A stretch of 64,000 nt of DNA from contig AP024679.1 of assembly GCA_025999215.1 (NCBI GenBank), forward strand, positions 779,916-843,915, written 5' to 3'. Under the pieces are notes generated by a model. That model ran no database searches and was not told the DNA's origin. It saw only the letters and a program-made list of their open reading frames with translations. Source of the stretch: Candidatus Dojkabacteria bacterium (GTDB taxonomy: Bacteria > Patescibacteriota > Dojkabacteria > J137). This document shows, one piece after another, positions 58,716 through 64,000 of the stretch (within the stretch, counting starts at the first letter, position 1; every line of letters starts with the position of its first letter). Both the position numbers and the translations under genes were made by a program.

Positions 58716-59525
58716 CTATGCTACTAGATAGTTATTATTATTAGGAGATACAAGGATAAGTATATTTGCTTGTGCTTGTGGCGTTCCTTTTTCACCAGCT
58801 TCACCAGTTATTTGCACAAGTACTGGAAAATATCTGATAACTTTTGCAATTATCTGACCATTTACTACAATTTCTCTTCCTAAGACATTTTGTGGATCGG
58901 TTTTTAGTTTTAATTCTATTCCTAAATAATCCTCACCAAAAAAATTTGTAAAACAGTTTACAATAATAATCGCATTAGGATTTTTTTCAAAGACTTTTTT
59001 TACATAATTCATGAACTCATCACTCATTTGTCCTTGTTGAGGGTAACAAAAAACAATGTCCGGATAATCAAAACCATCACCTATTATAGTACCAAAACTG
59101 AAATTTAGTCCATAAAACAGCTCTTCTTCTGGATTATTAAGTTTATTAAATAACTCCTTTGCTTGTTCGATTGCTTTAGTATCAATATCAAAACCTCTAA
59201 CTGTAATTTCGCGATTTTCATTGTTTTTTTGTAATTCCATTACTACGGAGGCTATAATAGCAAGAGGGACACCAAGCCCACACCCAAAATCTACAATTTT
59301 TTTTATCCTTGATACATCAATTTTTAAATCTTGTAGAATATGTAGTAAGCCATACCATAATGCTATGGGGTTTGTTGGAGTATTGTTAATGCTCTCAAAG
59401 AAATAAGGATCAACACTTAGAAGTATTTCTAAAATTTTCATTAATTTTTCTGGTAGACTTGATATTTTAATAATCATAAAAGAAGGTTCTATTGATGAAA
59501 TTCGTGGTTCTAATTCAGGGCTCAT
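58716..59525 (-). CDS. Putative class I SAM-dependent methyltransferase
   Basis: VDFGCGLG motif I, GFDID. Confidence 0.45.
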   Translation of the reverse strand: MSPELEPRISSIEPSFMIIKISSLPEKLMKILEILLSVDPYFFESINNTPTNPIALWYGLLHILQDLKIDVSRIKKIVDFGCGLGVPLAIIASVVMELQKNNENREITVRGFDIDTKAIEQAKELFNKLNNPEEELFYGLNFSFGTIIGDGFDYPDIVFCYPQQGQMSDEFMNYVKKVFEKNPNAIIIVNCFTNFFGEDYLGIELKLKTDPQNVLGREIVVNGQIIAKVIRYFPVLVQITGEAGEKGTPQAQANILILVSPNNNNYLVA

Positions 59526-59553
59526 ATGTACATTATAACAAATTTAATCTAAA

Positions 59554-61572
59554 TTACCAACCTCCTGCGCTACCACCGCCACCTCCTCCACCACTAAACC
59601 CACCAAAAGACGATCCTCCACTCCATCCTCCACCTCGCGAACTGCTAGTTTGTGGGCTAGTGGCTGAAACTGTTTGATTAGTAAAAGAATTTAGCATTGA
59701 AGCAAAAATTATAGGATCGCTAATGCTTCCTGACCCCTCGTACCAACTTGGGGTTTGGTTATATATATCTTTAAATTTTTGAGCCCATTTTTTTTCTATG
59801 CCAAACACAATTGCATAAGATAAATATCTTTCAAAATCTTCAGGCTTTAGATTTTGTAAAGAGTACCTCTCGGCTGTCTCCAAATACATCTTAAACCCTA
59901 AAATTTTCGCAAATACTTCACTACCCTTAGATGTTTTGCTAGGCATATATCTTGAAATTAACAATAGCCCAAATCCAAAGAGTAAACTAGGAAGAGGCAG
60001 ACTAAAAAATATAGGGAAATTAGTAATAAATGATAAAATCAGTGTTCCCAAAAATATAAATCCAACAGATGCAACCAAAATCGCATTTGATATAAAAATA
60101 TATTTTAATCGTGTTTTGTTGGGAGACTCTTTAAAATATCCTCTTTGCTTCATCTCTTCATAAATTTTCTTTACAATAAAATGGTATTTGAGTGGAAATG
60201 TATATCTTATAGAATCCAAATTTACTTCATTATTATTGTTTTGAAATATTGCATTCATAATATCTTGTTCTGCATCACTCAAGTCTGAAATATCATCTTT
60301 AAGCTTAATTAATTTATATTTTTTCGGGCTTGTTTCTTTAATCTTGATATAACCTCTGTAAGCTAAATCGATAATTGAGCCTACAACATCTTTCTTATCC
60401 ACTTTTTCATCTTTAAGCGAACCTAGTAGATATGGAGGCAGATTTTCTGGCGGAACAAACTCAGGAATGATAGTTTTTGGCATATTTTTATCTCTGCCTT
60501 TTTTCCTATACAAATAAATCAACAAAAGAATACCTAATGGTGTAAAAATCAATCCAATACCACACATCAAAATTGAAATATAAAAAACAATTTCAGATAA
60601 AAATGTTCTTTCCATTCTTACCTCTATTTCAAAATTTTCACCGGGTTGCAGATCTAAATTTACCGAATAATCTTCAAATCCATTAGCTTGAAATAACAAT
60701 TTATGTTTACCTGCAGGAATTCCCTCAAGCACTCCATCAAAACCTGAATCCATTTTTATTCCATCCAACAAAACCCTTGCCAAAAGAAGAGGTCCTCTAA
60801 TTGAATAAGTTACACTCGCTGGTCTTACGATTTCATTATTTCTAAATTCATAGGCCACAGTAAAATCTCCAAATTTTCCCAGGTTTTTTTGTAAGTTTAA
60901 TGTTAGTTTATTGGTATTTTTATCAAAACTTTGCTCAAAACTATAATCACTGAAAACCTTGAATCTATTTTGAGAAAATTTTACAGAATCAGGGAATTTT
61001 ATTTGAACAGATGCATTTTGAATATTTCCAGCTCTCTCTTCCGGTATCGCGTTCCAGTAAAAATAAGGAACTAATGTTTCTGTTTTGTTTGATGTAATTC
61101 CTCCTTCTTTCAGCCAATTAAGTGATCCTAGTAACAGGTACCTTATTTTCCAAGTTACAACTGTATCTTTTTGATATTCTTCATCCCAAATCTTCCATTC
61201 AAATCTTAAGTATTCAGTTCCATTACTATCTGTAACTTCATATTTTCTAAACCCATCCTTTATGCCAAGTTCGTTGCCATCTTTGTCATAAACACCCAGT
61301 AGTATAACTTGAGAAAAACCTCCACACACAAGGTTATTTTGTTCACAAAATTGCTTTTTTTGTGGATTATTTAATGTCAAATCCCTTCTAGCACCATTGC
61401 TAACGCCATTAAACCTTTGAGTTATAGTCTCTTCAACTATAACAGCGGAATCGTTTTTTATTTCTATGAAAACATCGTAATTTGGATAATCAATTCGAGG
61501 TGCAGCTTCAGCTGCAGAGGTAAAAAATAACCCTGCAAATAACACCAATAAAAAAATAACTAATTGCCTCAT
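59554..61572 (-). CDS. DUF2207-like membrane protein with a Gly-rich C-terminal tail
   Basis: Signal peptide, extracellular domain, TM cluster, ...SSSRGGGWSGGSSFGGFSGGGGGGGSAGGW. Confidence 0.5.
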   Translation of the reverse strand: MRQLVIFLLVLFAGLFFTSAAEAAPRIDYPNYDVFIEIKNDSAVIVEETITQRFNGVSNGARRDLTLNNPQKKQFCEQNNLVCGGFSQVILLGVYDKDGNELGIKDGFRKYEVTDSNGTEYLRFEWKIWDEEYQKDTVVTWKIRYLLLGSLNWLKEGGITSNKTETLVPYFYWNAIPEERAGNIQNASVQIKFPDSVKFSQNRFKVFSDYSFEQSFDKNTNKLTLNLQKNLGKFGDFTVAYEFRNNEIVRPASVTYSIRGPLLLARVLLDGIKMDSGFDGVLEGIPAGKHKLLFQANGFEDYSVNLDLQPGENFEIEVRMERTFLSEIVFYISILMCGIGLIFTPLGILLLIYLYRKKGRDKNMPKTIIPEFVPPENLPPYLLGSLKDEKVDKKDVVGSIIDLAYRGYIKIKETSPKKYKLIKLKDDISDLSDAEQDIMNAIFQNNNNEVNLDSIRYTFPLKYHFIVKKIYEEMKQRGYFKESPNKTRLKYIFISNAILVASVGFIFLGTLILSFITNFPIFFSLPLPSLLFGFGLLLISRYMPSKTSKGSEVFAKILGFKMYLETAERYSLQNLKPEDFERYLSYAIVFGIEKKWAQKFKDIYNQTPSWYEGSGSISDPIIFASMLNSFTNQTVSATSPQTSSSRGGGWSGGSSFGGFSGGGGGGGSAGGW

Positions 61573-61620
61573 TTCGAAAATTAATTTACAATATTTTAAC
61601 TTTTTTATTAAAATAAGTCT

Positions 61621-62163
61621 ATGATTCTTTCAGATAAAACACTCAAAAATTATATCGACAATAAAATAATCGAAATTTATCCACTCGGTCCAAATGCCAT
61701 CCAGCCTGCTTCCATTGATTGCAGACTTGGCGATCATTTCTTGATTGCCGATGATACGCAAATGCAAGTTATATCAATGTCTGAGCCTCTTGTTTATAGA
61801 GAAATCAAAGCACAAGAAATTACTATACCTCCAAGATCTTTTATTTTAGGTACAACCATGGAGTATTTGAAAATTCCAGATGATATTGTTGTTTTCATTG
61901 AAGGCAGAAGCTCAGTTGGTAGAATGGGTTTATTCATTCAAAATGCTGGCTGGGTTGATCCCGGATTTGAAGGACAACTAACTTTAGAGCTTTACAACGC
62001 TAGTTCCTTACCCATCAGATTAGAAGCAGGAAGAAGGATTTGTCAATTTGTATTTGCCAAAATGGATGCAAAAGCTGAAACACCATATAAAGGAAAATAC
62101 CAGGGCCAAAAAAATGCCGTAGGAACCAAAATTAATGAAGATGATGAAGTCAAAAAATCTTAA
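61621..62163 (+). CDS. dcd: dCTP deaminase
   Basis: ASIDCRLGDHF, EGRSSVGRMGLF, PGFEGQLTLELYN. Confidence 0.85.
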   Translation: MILSDKTLKNYIDNKIIEIYPLGPNAIQPASIDCRLGDHFLIADDTQMQVISMSEPLVYREIKAQEITIPPRSFILGTTMEYLKIPDDIVVFIEGRSSVGRMGLFIQNAGWVDPGFEGQLTLELYNASSLPIRLEAGRRICQFVFAKMDAKAETPYKGKYQGQKNAVGTKINEDDEVKKS

Positions 62164-62181
62164 AAATTATGGTATAATTTT

Positions 62182-62451
62182 TTGATGTCAGATTTTGCAC
62201 AAAAAATCAAAAAATTAGAAAACGAAATTTTCATTTTAAGATCCAAAATTTCAAATTTAGAAAATAACAAAAGAGAGCTTAATTATTTTTTGAAATTTTT
62301 AATAAAGAGTTTATCAATATTTTTCACTTTTAATGTAGTTTTTTACTTGATGGATAGAGATGATTTTTTACAATTATCTCTGGTTTTAGTTGTGGGATAT
62401 ATTTTTAGCGAAGTCATTTTAAAAATTGCTAAAATATTTTTTATAAAATAA
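62182..62451 (+). CDS. Hypothetical small membrane protein
   Basis: ORF only; coiled N-terminus and a TM. Confidence 0.3.
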   Translation: MMSDFAQKIKKLENEIFILRSKISNLENNKRELNYFLKFLIKSLSIFFTFNVVFYLMDRDDFLQLSLVLVVGYIFSEVILKIAKIFFIK

Positions 62452-62455
62452 CTTT

Positions 62456-62935
62456 ATGAATATTCATACCCAAAATCCTAAGTACCCTTACCACGTATCT
62501 GCAGGGGCTGTAGTTTTAAATTCTAAAAATCAAGTTGCATTACAATATTTCAAACATAATGCCGGTCATGATAATGTTTATTATCTAATGCGAGAAAGCT
62601 TGGAAAACAATACCACAATTGAAGAGACTCTAGCTAATGGCTTAATGAAAGAAATGGGTATAACTGCACAAATCAGACACTTTGTTGGATCAAGAGTGAC
62701 GACCTTTCTTGACGCCGATGGAAATGAAATAACCAAAACGACAATTTATTATCTTTGTGACTTAATCTCAGTTGACGAATCCAAAAAAGACCCTGAAAAT
62801 CCTGAAGGCTCATCTGAGGTCAAGTTTTTTGATCTCAGTGATGCAATTAAAATCACCCAAGACCAGCTCAAAAGAACTAATTACCTAGACATTTGTGAAT
62901 TTGATATATTGCAGAATGTGGCGAAATTAATTTAA
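62456..62935 (+). CDS. Hypothetical protein, weakly Nudix-like
   Basis: Weak G..E.....E.GI resemblance to the Nudix box; not convincing. Confidence 0.3.
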   Translation: MNIHTQNPKYPYHVSAGAVVLNSKNQVALQYFKHNAGHDNVYYLMRESLENNTTIEETLANGLMKEMGITAQIRHFVGSRVTTFLDADGNEITKTTIYYLCDLISVDESKKDPENPEGSSEVKFFDLSDAIKITQDQLKRTNYLDICEFDILQNVAKLI

Positions 62936-63988
62936 ATAAACCCCAAAAAGTGGTATTAGCGTAATTTGGGAATCTGAAGAAAACATTTTGTATTCCATAG
63001 GGTATGATACCAACGAAACGGGAATATCTTTATACTCAAGAATTTCATTGTTAGTAACCAGAATAAATTTTTCATTTATTTCAAAAACAAACTTAGTTTG
63101 GTTTTCTGTTTCAAAAATCTTCTCATCATTGTAAAAAACCTTTTCATTGTTTATTACTAAAAAATTATTTTTATTCAAGAAAACCTTTTCAGAAAAATCA
63201 ACATTGATATCCTCAATATATTTATCATTTTCCAAATCGTAGATTTTGTAATTATTTAATATAAATTTATTTGTTAAGTTAGATAATTCTTCACAATTTT
63301 TAGAGACGATATTTTTATTTACAAAAAACACCTCCCAGCATCCCTTTTTGTCTAAAATTTCTAAAGATTTACCATCTAAACTCCAAAAAACTGGGTAATT
63401 TAAATTGAAAGTAGAAATATCCAATGTCCAATAATTATCAACACTTAAAGGTAAGCTCAAAAGTCTATTTTGGGTCAATATATAAATAATTTTATTTACT
63501 TCATCATAAAATAAATCCGTTGGAGCGTCATTAATTGGTAATTCATTTTTTAAAATTCCATAAGTTCCATCATTATTTAAAAATCCAAGTGAATCATTTT
63601 GGATGAACAAAAAAGAATTATCTTTAAAACGCTTTATCACATCCACTTCATTAGAGAGTACAAAACGAATATCAAACTTATCATCAATTTTACCTATTAA
63701 TAAATTTTCTCGATTTTTTACTGCTACCCAACTCGAATCTTCATAATCAATAATAGAATTTAATCCTGACCAGAAGTTATAATTTTTTATTTCAAATTTT
63801 GTAAGACTTGTTAGCTCAATAGGGGAATTATATTCAATTTGTTTCTCATCATTTGTGCTTAAATTTTCATTGTCTAAAAGTAATAATATAACACCACGAA
63901 AAACTAAAATTACCCCAACCCCCATAACAAGAATCGCAATAGAAATTTTAAAAAGGTAGTTTCTGGTATTTTTTTTATTTTTTTTCAT
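62927..63988 (-). CDS. Hypothetical signal-anchored membrane protein
   Basis: N-terminal TM; ORF only. Confidence 0.4.
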   Translation of the reverse strand: MKKNKKNTRNYLFKISIAILVMGVGVILVFRGVILLLLDNENLSTNDEKQIEYNSPIELTSLTKFEIKNYNFWSGLNSIIDYEDSSWVAVKNRENLLIGKIDDKFDIRFVLSNEVDVIKRFKDNSFLFIQNDSLGFLNNDGTYGILKNELPINDAPTDLFYDEVNKIIYILTQNRLLSLPLSVDNYWTLDISTFNLNYPVFWSLDGKSLEILDKKGCWEVFFVNKNIVSKNCEELSNLTNKFILNNYKIYDLENDKYIEDINVDFSEKVFLNKNNFLVINNEKVFYNDEKIFETENQTKFVFEINEKFILVTNNEILEYKDIPVSLVSYPMEYKMFSSDSQITLIPLFGVYLN

Positions 63989-64000
63989 TGATTTTGATAA

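Noticed and set aside
1-64000. Alternative genetic code (UGA recoding, as in Gracilibacteria or Absconditabacteria)
   Set aside because: Ribosomal proteins and synthetases have normal lengths under the standard bacterial code, and no gene required UGA read-through to restore a conserved domain.

Overview
This is an AT-rich bacterial chromosomal segment with small, tightly packed genes, dominated by housekeeping functions. There is no CRISPR array, no recognisable transposase or integrase, and no sign of an alternative genetic code.

The core is a long minus-strand ribosomal superoperon (43484..44677 down to 32734..34323): tuf, S10, L3, L4, L23, L2, S19, L22, S3, L16, L29, S17, L14, L24, L5, S14 (zinc type), S8, L6, L18, S5, L15, secY. 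It is followed by pterin dehydratase, map, leuS and a bacterial type-A RNase P RNA. L30 is absent and the usual adk/infA/rpmJ/rpsM continuation is missing.

Other recognisable genes:
- Translation and RNA: thrS, metG, fusA, rpmA and rplU, rplS, dus, truB, rluD-like, and two tRNAs (Asp-GTC and Ser-TGA).
- Fe-S cluster assembly, dispersed across the window: sufB, a sufC with an insertion, and a 149-aa mini-SufD.
- Metabolism: asnB, pheA, a split transketolase, dcd, a cytidylate-kinase-like protein.
- DNA maintenance: recO, rnhB.
- Protein processing and folding: lepB, an FKBP peptidyl-prolyl isomerase, M29 and M15 peptidases.
- Other: YvcK and YfiH/PgeF-like genes.

The gene content (no L30, split tkt, lamin-tail-domain (LTD) protein, many membrane-anchored proteins with low-complexity segments, long tails on ribosomal proteins) points to a reduced-genome Candidate Phyla Radiation/Patescibacteria-like organism. 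That is an inference.

The accessory-looking content is almost entirely secreted or surface proteins:
1. A tandem pair of paralogous Cys-rich/FN3-like giant surface protein genes (49343..51679 and 53363..55895). They share a roughly 1.8-kb near-identical 3' tract with a mosaic identity pattern. Copy B carries a 1-nt indel exactly at the identity breakpoint.
2. A dockerin-bearing Cys-rich secreted protein (17503..18288) next to a small anchored beta-sandwich protein (16856..17464), a candidate cohesin/dockerin-like tethering pair.
3. An LTD + OB-fold extracellular protein (11554..13578).
4. A 5'-complete, 3'-truncated PrgI-like membrane protein at the window edge (1..765), next to two divergent tRNAs.

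I see no self-contained, clearly novel multi-gene system such as a defence island or secretion machinery. The surface-protein loci are the most interesting targets.
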